Source of the DNA: Reclinomonas americana ATCC 50394
Lineage: Eukaryota
Direction of reading: 5' to 3'
NCBI GenBank assembly: GCA_048213135.1
Contig: PS015296.1
Span: 1 to 64,000, forward strand
Length of the DNA stretch: 64,000 bases
In this document: piece by piece, positions 12,762 through 26,273 of the stretch
How positions within the stretch are numbered: the stretch's first letter is position 1
Layout of the letters: every line of letters starts with the position of its first letter
Made by a program: the position numbers and the translations under genes
Notes under the pieces: generated by a model
The model's database searches: none
The model's input: only the letters and a program-made list of their open reading frames with translations
What the model was told of the DNA's origin: nothing

Positions 12762-13007
12762 GGCAACAGTCAGCTGCGAATGCAAGGCTGGCAGGCTGGA
12801 CGGTGAAGTTTTGCTCTCAAGCTTGCAAAGAATTAAATAATCCAAAAAATGCCTGTTTGCAGGGACATCGAAGTTCGCTGCGACCGCCAGTTGCCGCCAC
12901 GAGCACGACCTGCAACTGTTCCCGTCGCTAACGCTGCAACAGAGGCGTAGTAGTGCAGCAAACAGCCATCGTTTCAAATTTAATAACCACTATCGACGAC
13001 GTCGAAA

Positions 13008-16000
13008 TTACCACACTTGCTCTCCTTGCGCCTGCGGAGGGACAGGGACCGGCGCTCCCTCGCCCTGCTCATGATCCGGCTCTGCTGGTACTCGAACCGG
13101 GGATGCAGGTAATCGGTGCGCATCGTAAACATTGTCCATCTCAATATCAGCACCGACGTAGTTTTGACCTCGACCGCCAGCCTGACGGCGTGCGGCCGAA
13201 CGGCGCCGTCTACGAATCGCCAGCACCAGGAACAAAACAATCAGCGACAACACCGCAGCAGCAGCCAGTCCTATCAAAACCCACGCCCACACAGGAAGGC
13301 CAGAGCCGCCTGATGGACTGCCGTCGTCACCAGTTGTCGACACACGCAGGTTGGCCGACGGGATCGACTGGCCGAACGAGTTGATGGCGCGCACATTCAC
13401 CACGTACGGCGTGCCAGGCTGCAGGTTCGATTGAGTGAACGTGTAGTTGGCGCGCGACGACGACGACGTCGAGTCGGTGGCGTCCTTGTAGCCGAAGATC
13501 ACGTTGCTGCCGTTCTCCGGAATCGTCTGGATCTGGTAGCTGGTGATCAGACCGAGACCAGTGTACACCGGGGTCGAGAAGTTGACGGTGATCGAGGTGT
13601 TGGTGTTGGTGCCCTGAGTCGGGGCGGCCGGCGCAGCAGCCTGGCCCGTCTGGGTCAGAGTGCCCTGAGTCGGCATGCCAATGTTGTTGTTGGCGGTGCC
13701 CTGCGAGCCCTGGCCGAGGCCGACCGTGTTGCCACCGATCAGCACCATGCGGTAGCGCGACGACGGCTTGATGGTCTGGAACAGCTGCACGCAAGTGCCG
13801 GCAATGACCGGGTTGGTGCCGCTGCCGAGCACAGCAGTGTTCATGCCCAGGCCGTCAGCGGCAGCCGGGTTGCCAGACGACGCCAGGAAGCGGGTCGTCC
13901 ACTGCCAGTACACCAGGTAGTAGGTGGCGGCCGCAGTCGTGCCCGAGCCCACCGCAGTCCACGACACGCGGTACTCGTTGGCGGCGTAGAAGTCCAGCGA
14001 CGGGGTGCCAGCAGCCGGCACAATGCCAGTCGTGGTCACCGGCGACGCCTGGATGTAGATCGACAGCGAGTTGTTGCCCGTGCCAATCGAGTTGGTCGCG
14101 TTCAGGAAGAAGCGGTAGAAGTTGCCGTTCACCACCGTCACAGACGCCGTGGTGTCGGTGGCACCCACCGCCACCGCCGGGTTCGACGCAGTCGTGCCCG
14201 ACACACCAGTCAGAGCCTGGCCAGAGATGGCAGTCGACGCGCCAGTGGCAGTCGTCCACGTGAACGCAATCGCCGTGCCAGTGTTGCTGGTCACCGCAAA
14301 GTTGGTCTGGTCGTTCGGCACCTGGCCCGTCAGCACGTTGTTGTTGAGGCCGTTGCCGACAATGAAGTCACCAAAGGTGGCCTGAGTGGTCGACGTGCCA
14401 ATGCCGTTGATGCCGCGCACGTCGACAAAGTAGTTGGTGGCGTCAGTGAGGCCGCGGATGACAGCCTGCTGCACCGAGGTGGTGTTCTGGGTCAGCGTGC
14501 TGGCCGTAGCCGCGCGCCACGACACCTGCCACTGGTTCACGAAGCCCTGGCCGCCAGTCTCCTGCGGCTGTCCCCAGCTGAGCCAGATCGAGGTCGAACG
14601 CTTGAGCAGAATGTTCGACGACAGCGACAAGATGCCGCTCGGGCGCACCGGCGACGTGGCCGTGGTGATGGTGATGGCCGACGCAGACCAGGCAGTCTGG
14701 TAGCCGTTAAACGACGCCACGCCAATGCGGTACTTGGTGTTGGAGGTCAGGCCGTTCACCAGCAGCGACGAGGTGGTCGAGCCGAACGAGCCAATGATCT
14801 GGTTCACGAACGAGTCCGGCACAAAAGTGGTCGAGGTGACGTTGGTCAGGTTCTGCACCAGCATCTGCACGCCGACAAAGTTCGCGAAGCCGTCCGAGGT
14901 GGACAGCGAGTACTGCGTGCCCTGCACAGTCGACGGGGTCGACAGCGTGAAGGTGGCGTAGCCGGAGCCAGTCGTGCCAGCCGAGCCGCCAGTGGTCAGA
15001 GCCGGCAGCGGGTACGGGCGCACAATCGAGTTGGCAATCTGCGGCAGAGTGCCCGACTGAGCACCGTTCTGCGTCGAGGTCACACCAGAGTCCGAGCGGG
15101 TGTTGGTGGCCTGCACGGCGTAGGTGTACGACTTGCCCGGAATGGTCGGAAAGTTGAAGTTGGTGGTCAGCGTCGTCCACGTGTACGTGCGGTTGCAGTT
15201 GCTGGTGTTCTGCGTCACAANNNNNNNNNNNNNNNNNNNNNNNNNNNNNNNNNNNNNNNNNNNNNNNNNNNNNNNNNNNNNNNNNNNNNNNNNNNNNNNN
15301 NNNNNNNNNNNNNNNNNNNNNNNNNNNNNNNNNNNNNNNNNNNNNNNNNNNNNNNNNNNNNNNNNNNNNNNNNNNNNNNNNNNNNNNNNNNNNNNNNNNN
15401 NNNNNNNNNNNNNNNNNNNNNNNNNNNNNNNNNNNNNNNNNNNNNNNNNNNNNNNNNNNNNNNNNNNNNNNNNNNNNNNNNNNNNNNNNNNNNNNNNNNN
15501 NNNNNNNNNNNNNNNNNNNNNNNNNNNNNNNNNNNNNNNNNNNNNNNNNNNNNNNNNNNNNNNNNNNNNNNNNNNNNNNNNNNNNNNNNNNNNNNNNNNN
15601 NNNNNNNNNNNNNNNNNNNNNNNNNNNNNNNNNNNNNNNNNNNNNNNNNNNNNNNNNNNNNNNNNNNNNNNNNNNNNNNNNNNNNNNNNNNNNNNTGTAG
15701 CCGTTGATCGAGGTGCCACCAATGCCAATCGGCGACGCCCACGAGATGCTGGTGATGGTGTCCTGGTAGCAGTTGCCAGAGAAGCCCACACCGAGGGTAC
15801 CAGCCACAGCAGCGCAGCCGGCGCTCGAGTTGGTGCCCTGCGAGTTCGCAATACCAGCAGCCAGCGTCGGGGCGGCGGGGGCGATCGGAGCATCATCTGT
15901 GTGTTGGAGGAGAAGGGAGGCGGTGGTGGATTAGATACTGATATTCAAAAGAAGCAGATGGCTTCCCTTTCTCTCCCCCTATCCCCTCTCCTGTCCTCTT

Positions 16001-19000
16001 TCTTTCCCCTTTCCTGTCCCCACTTTTACGCAACTGGTGTTGTGAGTGGTCTGAGTAAGCGGTCCAGCAGCCGTGGCCGAGTTGGTCGACGTGGCAGTGG
16101 CGTACACCTGGTACGTGTACGACGTGTTGGCCGTCAGCGTCGTGTCGGCAGTGTAAGCGGCGGTCAGCGCCCAGCCAGCCGGCAGAGTCACCGTGCCCAC
16201 AGACACCGGGGTCGCGCTGCCCTGGCCGCGGAAAATCGTGAACACCGTCACGGCATTGGAGCCAAAGTTCTGCGGAATCGTCCACTGCAGGGAGATGTTG
16301 TTGAGGCCGTACTGCGTCACCACCAGGCTGGTCGGCGGGTTCGGCACCACGCCGCTGGCAGTCGGAGTGGTGAAGTTGATGGCAGTGCTGAACACGCACG
16401 TCACCGGGTTGGCGGCAGTGCCAGCCGGGTTGAAGGGCGACGTCGGGAAGGCAATCGAGAACTGGTTGCTGGCGCAGATCTGCAGGTTGACTGAGGTGCC
16501 AGCCGGCAGGCCAGTCACGTCAATGTAGTAGGTCGACAGGTTGTTGCTCCATGACGCCGCAGAACCGCTGCCGTTGGTGGCCGGGATGGAGCTGGCGTCA
16601 ATGGCGATGGCAGTGCCGGCAGTGGCCGCAGTCACCGACGAGGCGCTGGTGGTTGAGTACACCACACGGTAGGCGCTCACGTTCGGAGTCGGCGTCGTCA
16701 CGTTGCTCTGTGTGGCGCTCGAGGTGGCGGTGTTGGAGCCGCCGACGCTGATTGGGGTCGAGAAGTTGAGGCGCACGCCAGTCGAGAACAGGCGCGAGTA
16801 CGCCACACCAGTGGGCGCAGCCGGCACGGAGCCGTTGTTGTCGGTGGTGGCCTGGAGGGAGCCGGCCGCCGAGGCAGTGGTGTTGTTGTTCACGGTGAAC
16901 TTGGCCTTGACCGTGTACTGCGTGGCAGCCACAAAGTTGTTGGTGGTGCCGCTCACAGTGAAGCCAGTAATCTGCTGGTAGAAGCCAGAGGTGTACGAGA
17001 ACAGGCCGAAGAACGAGGTGGCGATGTTGCCGTTGCCAGTCGCGCCGGTGGTGATGGCAGGCTGGTCAGTGCTGGCGTTGGTCACCGTGTAGGCGGCCAT
17101 CGGCGTAGCGCCAGTGTCGCCAGTGCCAAAGGTGGCCGGGTAGTTGAAGGCGACGACAAACGATGTCGAAGTGACCTGGTCCACAGAGCCAGTGTACGGC
17201 GCCACTGTGTAGCCAGTCGGCGCCGCCGGGGCGCTCATGGCACCCTGCAGCGTCACCGTCACGGCGGTCGAGAAGTTAAGGTTGGCACCGTTGGTGCCAG
17301 GAGTGCCGTTGCCGTTGTTGTAGGCCACAGACACAGCGCAGCTGGTGCCAGTCAGGCCAGTGACCTTTACGAGCACGCGGTTGCGCGACGTGCCAGAGCT
17401 GCCGGCCGGCGCCGGGATGCTGAAGTCGGTCAGGTCGCCAATGGCGGTGACCACCGTCACTGCACCAGTGCCGCAGTCCGACTTGACGTACCACGTGGCA
17501 GCGCCAATCACACCCACATTAGCCGCCACACCCTCCCACTCCACCCACGACGACGTCGAGGTGATGTAGCGCAGAGTCGACGAAAGCGTCGGGGCCGCAG
17601 TCGACACCTTGGTGGCATCGGTGCCGCTGGTGGTCAGAGTACCGCTCCAGGCCGTGGCCGAGCGGTTGACCTGCGACTCAGTCCACACGTTGATCGTGTA
17701 CGACTGACCAAGGCTGGCGCTGACTGCGGCGAGCCCGACGATCGTGTACCCACGCCATGTGCCGGACGACACATTGACGGTGACGACTGGGGCTGGACCA
17801 AAGCCACCCATAAACGCGCGGTAGGCGGCGGCAGTGACGGCCAAGTTAGACGTCTGCTGCACAGTGAGCGACGTGTTGATGTCCTGGAAGGTGCTGGCAG
17901 TGGCACCAGGGGTCTGCGAGTTGAGAGCGCCCTGGCCGACAAGGTCGGTCGGCAGCTGCAGCCAGATGGTGGCCTGGGTGCTGCCAATGTAGTAGATGGC
18001 GTTGGTGCTGGCGGTGGCGACCGGAGGGCGAGCTGTTCGGAAGAGAGGCAAGGCGAAGAGATGGTGTGATTACCACTGGCGAGAGAGAGAGAGAGTGAGA
18101 GAGGACGGTGCGCAACTGGTGGCAGTCCAGAAATTAGAGCCGCCAGATGTCGGGGAGGCGGCGGCGGAAGAGTTGGTGGTGGCCGCGTTGGTGACGGAGA
18201 ACGAGACCTGTGGGAAGTATTGGCGGCCGGGGAGGAGGCCAGACAGGGTGACCTGCCAGCCGTCGAGGTGACCAGTGGCGGGCTGGTTGCTGTTGGCCGT
18301 GGTGGTGAGGCCCGAGGCGACAGCCGTACCGCGCACGTAAGCAGTAATGGCGGCAGTGAAGGCGTAGATGTTGGCAGCAGACGCAGCGCTGACAGTGGCC
18401 TGGTTGGCAACGTATTGCCCACCACCGGCGGTCATATTGACAACGAAGGTCAGCGAGGTGTCGGTGATGTCGATGACGGTGATCGAGTTGGCGGCGGGGA
18501 GAGCACCAACGTTACTAGCGGTGGTACCGAGTGAGGTAGCAGCGACGCTAACAGTGTTCACAGTGGCAACAAATGCAGCGCCGCCACCTACAACGCTGAG
18601 AGCAGCGGGAGTTGTGATAGTGACGGTGTCACTAATAGCGTAGCCAGATCCTTGCGCGTTGACGACAGCCGAAGCGACGCCAGTGGCGCTGACGGTGAGG
18701 TCCATGGTCAGTCCAGTGCCGCCACCGCTCGTGGAGGTGGCAACTGCAGTGTACGTAGACGCCACGGCGTAGCCTCCCATACCGGTGGCGGCAGGGGTGC
18801 AGGTGCCAGTAAGTGTGCCAGCGACCTGGCTCGTGATAGTACAGGTCGCTAGGTTGGCGCCGGGCGCCGGCAGTGTTGCGCTTCCACTGGTACAGACGCC
18901 GCCTGTCAACGTCAACGTGACGGCTTGCATATTGCCATAGCCAGTGCCGGCCGCATTAATCGTCGCCGCAATGAGATTGCCATTTGTTCCGATAGTGACA

Positions 19001-21625
19001 TCCACAGTCGCGCCAGTGCCTGCGCCCCCTCCCGAGACCGGACAGCCCGTAAACACTTTGCTGTACGTGCCAGCTGTCTTCGAAATAGCAAGTACGCGAC
19101 CGGCAATGGCGTTGGGCAGCCCAGCGTTGGGTGAGCAGCAGAAAAGCGAACCGGAATTGCCTGTGGTCAGCGTCCAGGTGACGCCGTAGGACATAATCAC
19201 AGACGGTGTTCCACGGATAGCCACGACAAACTTGGATGCCGTCAGCACAGACGTTGCAGTGGTTCCGTCAAGAAAGGCAAAGTCGGTCACAACGGTGACT
19301 GCGGCCTGGCTGGTAGGTCCACTGCAGAAGGCAACACCCGCCATTCCGCCAAGTGCAGTTCCCGAGCCAGCAGTGGTCACAGTCCCTCGGTTAGTCGGCG
19401 AACCGGGAGAAATGACGACAAAGTTCACGCCGATGGTGAGATATCCGTTGGCAGAGGTGCCACCCACCACGTTGTTGCCAGCGCGATCATAGAAGATTGC
19501 ACCGGTGGGGGTGTTGACACCGACAGAGGAAACAAATGTGATACCGGCAGTGAAGGTGCTACCAGCAGCATTAGCCGCCTGAAGCGCCACTGTACCAGCA
19601 GCGGTGGCCGAGAAGGTCAGGGTGCCAGTAAGGTCGCTGGCACCCATCGACAGAAAGCCGAAAGTGGCGCCAGCGACGCCATTGGCGACGAAAGTGTACG
19701 GGATCGTGCCAAAACCACCGCTGCCAATGGTGGTGGCGGCAGTCGTGTTGGCCAGGCAGTTGATTGTGGTACTTCCAGTAACCGCCCAGCAGGCAACCAG
19801 GGTCTGAGTCGGCAGCACCGGGTTCACACCGACGGCATTGGAGAGGGTGATTTCGAGCTGTGACACAGTGTCGAGCGCAGCAGTGCCGTCACCGTTGGCG
19901 TTCTGCGCAGTCACGCGGATGACGTACTTGGTGATGTTGGTCGTCGTCAGCTTGGAGATCAGAATGTGACCACCAGACACACGGCCAAAGGTCGTGTCGG
20001 TCACCGGCGAGCCAGTGAACGAGGCGCCGAAGGCGTTGTACATCACAGTGCCGCCGTTGGCCGAGGCCGCAGCCTCGACCTTCCAGCCGGTGATGGCACC
20101 GCCAGTCAGCTGAGGAGTGGTCCACGACAGCAGACCGCCATCAGAGGCGGCAGCCACAGAGGTCGGGGTTCCGACCTTGCCCGGAGACTGCTTGCCGTCC
20201 TGGGTGGTCACCGACATGGTCTGCGCGCGCGGAGGAAAGAAGGAGAATTGTGAGGTGAGCTGAGTGCCTCTCAGAGCATGAGACTGATAAGAAAGACGCA
20301 ACAGTGCTCCACGGGCCAAAGCCCCACTGGCCCACAGCGCGTACGCGCACCACGTAGCCAGTGTTCGGCTGCAGCAGGCTGGACGAGGCGGTGGCACCAG
20401 TGCCTGACACCACGCACGACTGCTGCGAGAACGGCACGTTGTACGTGTTGGCGAATGGATTGATGGCCGCGTTGGCGTTGTTGCCGTTGATGGTCTCCGT
20501 GTAGAAGGTCACCGGAGTCCATGCGGTCAGCGAGGCGCCAGTCGAGCTGCGGATCTGCACCTGGAAGAACGGAGTCTGCAGCTGGTTGAAGTTGGCAACG
20601 TTGCCGGAGCCAGTGGCGCCAGTCTGGCCGAGCTTGATCGGCGGGTAGAACGACAGCACAAACGACGTGGCCGACGTGTAGCTGGTGGCCAAGAGCGTCG
20701 GCTGGCGCGGAGTGCCAGCGAGCGGCACCGTCACGACCTGCGACGAGGTGCGGACGCCCTCACCGTACAGGTTGACCGAGTAGGCCTGTGCGTGGGGGAA
20801 AGAGTTGAGATGAGGAAGGAGGGGAGGAGGAGGGAGGGAGGGAAGCGAGAAGGGACGCAACAGCGATGGTGTACTGCACACCCTCCTGGATGTTCTGGTC
20901 AAAGTAGCGCAGAATCGTGCCGTAGCAGCCGGCGCCGCCAGTCGAGGGGCCACCATTGGCCACAATGGCGTTGACAGCGGAGCACTATTGATGGAGGTGA
21001 GCAGAGGAGAGGAGAGAGGGAGAGGGAGAGGGAGAAGACGCAACTGTGTACTTGGTGGTGCCAGTCGCGCTGCTCACGTCGACACCAAACTCAGAGGGCG
21101 GCGAGTTGCCCTGATTGACGGGGGTCGTCCAGTTGACCCAGATGGCCGACTGCGAGCCAGTTGGGGAGGAGGTGTCGAGATCTGCGTGAGATGGAGAGTA
21201 GTGGGAGAAAGAAATTTCAGAATCACTGCTGGTCAAAACCACAGCACAGTGCAAGTGCTCGTTCAACAGCATGGATGCAGATACGCGAAACGCATCGACG
21301 CGACCAGTGAGGCAAAGAGAGAAAGAAGTAGAAGAGGAGCTGCACTCGAGCTCTCACCGTCTTCTCCGACTGCCTTCACAATTTGAAACTGTTCCGGTGC
21401 ACTGGAGCTACCAGGGGCGAATGCTACCGTCTGCGCATCTGCTTGAGGGGGTTGCGAGGACGTAAGAATCAAGAGGCAGGGCATAAGCAGCGCGCGGCTT
21501 GCGCGCATGCGCAGCGCGGAGAGGATGCGCGCGCGCACTTCACTGCAGCTGCAGAGCTTACCAGCCAGGCATGTTGTGCACAGGACAACCAGGAGAGCAA
21601 GCGTCCACTGGTGGTGGTGATTCAT
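13008..21625 (-). CDS. Giant type I membrane protein with many fibronectin type III domains (adhesin/receptor-like), multi-exon, spans a gap
   Basis: Signal peptide MNHHHQWTLALLVVLCTTCLA; repeated FN3 signatures (W..P..G, L.P.T.Y.V.VRA.N..G); TM LPVWAWVLIGLAAAAVLSLIVLFLVLAI + RRRRR; short cytoplasmic tail. Confidence 0.85.
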
Positions 21626-21927
21626 GCCACAGCACGCAGATAACAAAGCGAGCTCGAGTGGGCTGCCCGCCGGCGGACAATATAAATATGTATAAGAACG
21701 CATTGATCATAAATGCATCGATGTCGGTACGGCACCGGCCGCGGTTTACGAAAGGAGCATGCCTTCATCGACTTGTGAGCCGACAGTGGTGGACACCAAT
21801 GCTCACTTGCCTGGCTGGACCGCAGCGCGTCAGTGATCGCAGCGCAGCGGATCGCAGCGATCGCGATATCTGGATCCGGATCGATATANNNNNNNNNNNN
21901 NNNNNNNNGTTACGTAGTAGTAGTTAG

Positions 21928-21987
<60 letters not shown>
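21928..21987. repeat. (TG)n microsatellite
   Basis: About 30 uninterrupted TG units. Confidence 0.95.
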
Positions 21988-21988
<1 letters not shown>

Positions 21989-22015
21989 GTGTGTTGACGG
22001 TTTCGCGATCGGCAG

Positions 22016-22186
22016 ATGCACTACCGCAGCGAGGACATGGAGATTGTCAACGTGCGGCTGCGAACACACACACAGGAGTACATTATCGTGCCGGAGGAGC
22101 CGACGACGTTGATTGTGGTGCAGACGCCGGCAGATCCGTCGACGCAAAAGTCGAGCATTGGTGTGCCTCGACCGCCGCCAGCTTGA
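22016..22186 (+). CDS. Terminal exon of a Roadblock/LC7 (dynein light chain-like) protein; upstream exons not visible
   Basis: After acceptor CAG: MHYRSEDMEIVNVRLRTHTQEYIIVPEEPTTLIVVQTPADP..*, resembling the LC7 C-terminus LRIRSKKxEIxVAPDxxYxLIVIQNP. Confidence 0.55.
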   Translation: MHYRSEDMEIVNVRLRTHTQEYIIVPEEPTTLIVVQTPADPSTQKSSIGVPRPPPA

Positions 22187-22378
22187 AAACGATGCTTCTC
22201 TCAAGCCTCTCTCTCTGTCTGTCTCAACCCCATTCCTCATGTACATGGACTGCAATGGAAACGCAAGTCACCGAGAACACACGGAAAACTCTTTTTTCAT
22301 TTTGACAGACAGACGTTTTCATGTGTTGCTCGAAAAAAACAATCCTACAGCGAGCGAACTATGGGCGCGGTGAATCGA

Positions 22379-25300
22379 TCATTCCTGCGCAGACGACAGC
22401 GAGTGAGACGGTGCTTGTTTTTTTACAACAAGAGTCAATAATAGCGCAGACGCACATCATCATCCTCGTAGTCGTCCTCCACTACATCAACCTCCTCTGC
22501 GCCGTCGTCGTGGCCGTTGCCGTGCTGCGTGGTCACTTGTCAGCCACAACGAGAAGACAAAGGTGTGATGGTCTTCTGTGACGGCTCACCGGTGTCTGCA
22601 CCAGCTTCTCATCGTTCCAGTCGCCGGAGAACTCGCCGATACCACCCAGCGGCAACAATTCGGTGCTGGTCGGCGCCATTGGTGGGTGCTGCAAAAACAC
22701 ACCGTGCTTGGCGGGTTCGCGCGATTGCGCCTGTGATTTTGTTGGTGGTGTCAGTCATTGTGGCCTAAAGCAAGAGGCGCACGCACACATTCATGCACAC
22801 ACCTTGCCAGCGGCCGGTTGCGCCGGTGGTGCTGGTGCTGGTGCCGGACGCGCCGACTCCTCCGCAATCGCTTCGTTTGCCGCATCCAGCAGTGAAAACT
22901 TCTTCCGCGGTGCAGCTGCTGCTGGTGCCGCCGCCGGCGCTGCTGGTGCGGGGTGGGCCGGCGTGGCCGCCGCCGTCTTGGTGTCGGTGGCCAGCAACAT
23001 GTCGGACATGGTGCGTGCCACTGGTGCTGGCTCGGCGGCCGGCGCCGGTGCGGGCACTGGTGCCGCCGGTGCCAAAAAGTTCATCGCGTGCTTCGCCACC
23101 TTGTTGCCCTCGAGGTCATGCAGCTCCTTCTCTCTTCTGTCGAGTTCGTGCGCGCGTTGCTGGTGTGTGGCGCTCAAAGCCGCCTGAGTCGCGCGCAGAG
23201 GGAGGTGTGAGCCAATCAGTGTACAAGGCACGAGATGCAGTTCAGGCACACACCTCCTGCTCCTTCAGTGCCTTGGTCTTGGCATCGAGTGTACGCTCAC
23301 TGTTGGTGAGGTACCGCTGCCGCTCGTCCAGCTTCTTGCGTTGATCTTCCAATTCTAATTGCGCGTTGGAGAGCTCCACTGTCTGGGCTGCACGCGGAAC
23401 ACAAGCCAGTCAGCATCGCACGTGGCTGCGACAGAGAGACTCTCTCACACACGAGCGCAGACGCAACAAGACACTTCGCTCTCGCGTCGCTCCAGCTCCC
23501 CGAATCTCTGCTTCAGCACATTCTCCTGCTGTCGCAGACCGGCCTCTCGCTCGTCGAGTTCACGTTCCCGCGCTCCACGTGCGTTGGACGCCGAGCTGCG
23601 TGAGCGCTCATGTGCACTGCATTATAAACAGCGCCAGGCAGCACGTGAACAATCGCATCGTGGTCGCTGGGGAGGAGGAGGAGACGCAACGCTTGTTCAT
23701 CCCGCAGCGACTGCTCCAGCGCCGCCACCTTTTGTGTCATCTTCTCCGCCTCCTTGACCTTGTTCTGCAGTGCTGCCGCATCGCTTTGCGCCTGGTGCCA
23801 CTTGAATTCATACTCGGCACGCGATTCCTCGGCCTTGTGCAGCTTGTCGGAGAGTTCATCGATGCGGACCTTCCACGCTGCGCACACGCGGAGTGAGTGA
23901 CGCGAGGGAGAGAGAGGTATTGGAAAATGACACTCAACAGTGCTCGTTGCGCGCCACTTGCGACTTTTGCTTCTCCAACTCTTCCGTGATGATCGCCTTC
24001 AATCGCAGCTCCTCTCGCAGTTGCTGGAGAGAGAGTGAGTCAATGCGCAAAGCGAAGTGATGTGTGTGTGTGCGTGGTACGCAACATGTTCAAGGCGCGA
24101 GATTGTCTCCAGCTCGGCGTACGGCTTGTTGGAGAGTTGCTTCTCCAGCGACGAGAGCTGCACGGCCAGTACAATTGAGTACGCATTCTCATACATAGAC
24201 AACAGCCGCCGTCCAGCTCACACACCTTTTGCAACAGCGCGGCATTCTCCGACTTGTAGCCCTCCAAATCCTCGGCCGTAATGTCGTACTCGTTCTTCAG
24301 GCCCTTCAGCACCTGCTTCAGCTCCAGATTCTTGTTGCGCAGACGCAACACGAGACCCTCCATCTCCTCGACTGAGCGACCGGGATGCGCCGCCTGTCGC
24401 TCAAAGTGCGAGGCCTCACTCTGCAGCTGCTCGACCAGCTTTTGCAGGCGACGACTCTGTGCACCGACACTGGTGAGTGATCCACAGAAAGACAAGGGAG
24501 AAGCAAGAGAGAGGCACACACGCACCTCCGTAAAGTAGGCCTTGAGTTCGGTCTCCAGCTCGCGCACGCGCGTGTGCCGTGTGTCGTTCTTGACTTGCCG
24601 CAACTCCTCCTCGCGGTCGCCGAGCTGCTTCTCCAGCGACCGAATGTGGGCCTTGAGCGACTTGGTGAGGTTGGTCTCCGACGCGGCCTTTTCGTAGCGC
24701 GATCCGGGCTTATGGTCGACCATGGCTCGCGAGTTGAGGATCTCGTCCAGCTGCACCCAACGTGAGGGACGGAGAGAGCACATGTTAAAGCGCACACCAA
24801 ACACGAATAGTACCTCGCGCTCCAGCTTGGCCACATCGCCCTCGGCACGCAGCGCTCGCGTCTTCAAGCGCGTATTCTCCGCCTGCACATCCGACATGCG
24901 CTTCTTGAGCGACTGAATGTCCTCATACATGGTCTCCGCGTCGCGATAAAAGCTCGACGGAATGCGCTTCTTCCGTCTCGTGCGGTCCGAGTCTTCGTAG
25001 TGCGCATCCACAAAGCTCGTGGGCACACGTCGCCCCGTGCTCGCCGCTGCATACATCGTCGCCGTGTGAGACAGACAGACAGACAGACAAACGCGACGTC
25101 CATCATCTTCCGACGAACCGCGAGGTGGCGGCCCTCCTGGGTACGGTGCCGTGGCACTGATCGGCCGACTGCCGCCGCTGCCGGCACTCGGCTGCGGTGC
25201 CGACGAGCGTGACGTGGCACTGATCGGTCGCGATCCACCGCCGCCTCCGCCCGACGCATTCGACGGCGCATACTGCGCACTGATGGGTCGCCGCGCAGGC

Positions 25301-26175
25301 GCCGCTCCGCCTGCCGGTGGTCTCGGCGGCTCCGTGCGGAACTGCGCCGTGGCATGCATCGTATCCAGGTGCATACGCCAGTCGGTTCCATTGGGAGCCT
25401 CGCGCTTGATGGGCGGACCTGATCACACACGGAGGAATGAAGCAGCAGAAGGGTGTTAACAGCAAACGTACAACTTCCTTTGCGCGCGTCAAACAAAGCC
25501 GGCTCCCACTCACCTCCCGATCGGCGTGCGTGCTGCATGTTGGTGAACAAAGTCCGCGTGTGTGTGTGGGAGGAGAGAGAGGTGGGAGAGAGAGAGAGAG
25601 AGAGAGCAATGAGTGTCAAGAGGGGTAGTGAAAACTGATTGGCATGCGCGCATGTCTATATACTTAAGGTGTGACACAAAGCCATGCAGCACACGCGCGC
25701 TGAGTGAGTGCAACAGTGTGTGTGCGTGTGCGTGAGAGAGAGAGCAACACGAAGGAGAGTAAACCAACACGCGCGACTCGCAGCAGTTACCAACATGACA
25801 ACCAACGCACTCCACTCTCCCACTGCACTCTGCACACACTCACTCTCACCCCCCACACACACTAACTGCAGCACACACACACACGCACGCACGCACCTGC
25901 ACTGTAAACTCCTCCTCGTCCTCCTCATCCTCCTCATCGACGACCTCCCGCCCACGCGCCGCCGCCGCGCCTTGTGTAGACGCGGCCGAGGCCGTTGCAG
26001 ACGACGGCCGTTTCGCACTCGACGGCCGATGCTGCTGCTGTTGCTGACTCACACGATGCTTGCCACCATCGTCACTCGACTCCGACTCATCATCATCATC
26101 ATCGTTGGTGATAAAGTCGCTGCTGTCGTCGTCAACGCGACCGCTGGGCACTGCGCGTTGGTAACGAGATGCCAT
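22379..26175 (-). CDS. IQCE-like coiled-coil (ciliary base) protein, ~10 exons
   Basis: Segment YRDAETMYEDIQSLKK..LKTRALRAEGDVAKLERELDEIL..SLKAHIRSLEKQL..DTRHTRVRELETELKAYFTESRRLQKL resembles the conserved IQCE N-terminal coiled coil; RPxSA repeats; acidic termini; exact end uncertain. Confidence 0.6.
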
Positions 26176-26273
26176 TCTCTGAGTGGCCAGTGTGTGTGTG
26201 AGTGCACACTGAATGCGAAACAACAACAACGGAATGAGTCATTGGTCCAACGGTCGACTCGGTCGTCGTCTTA

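Noticed and set aside
13431-15707. 758-aa plus-strand ORF and other long antisense ORFs
   Set aside because: Shadow frames of GC3-rich coding sequence on the opposite strand
21830-21888. Palindrome-rich gatcgc/gatatc stretch beside a gap (similar odd sequence at 57185-57205 and 57514-57610)
   Set aside because: Looks like low-quality contig-end sequence
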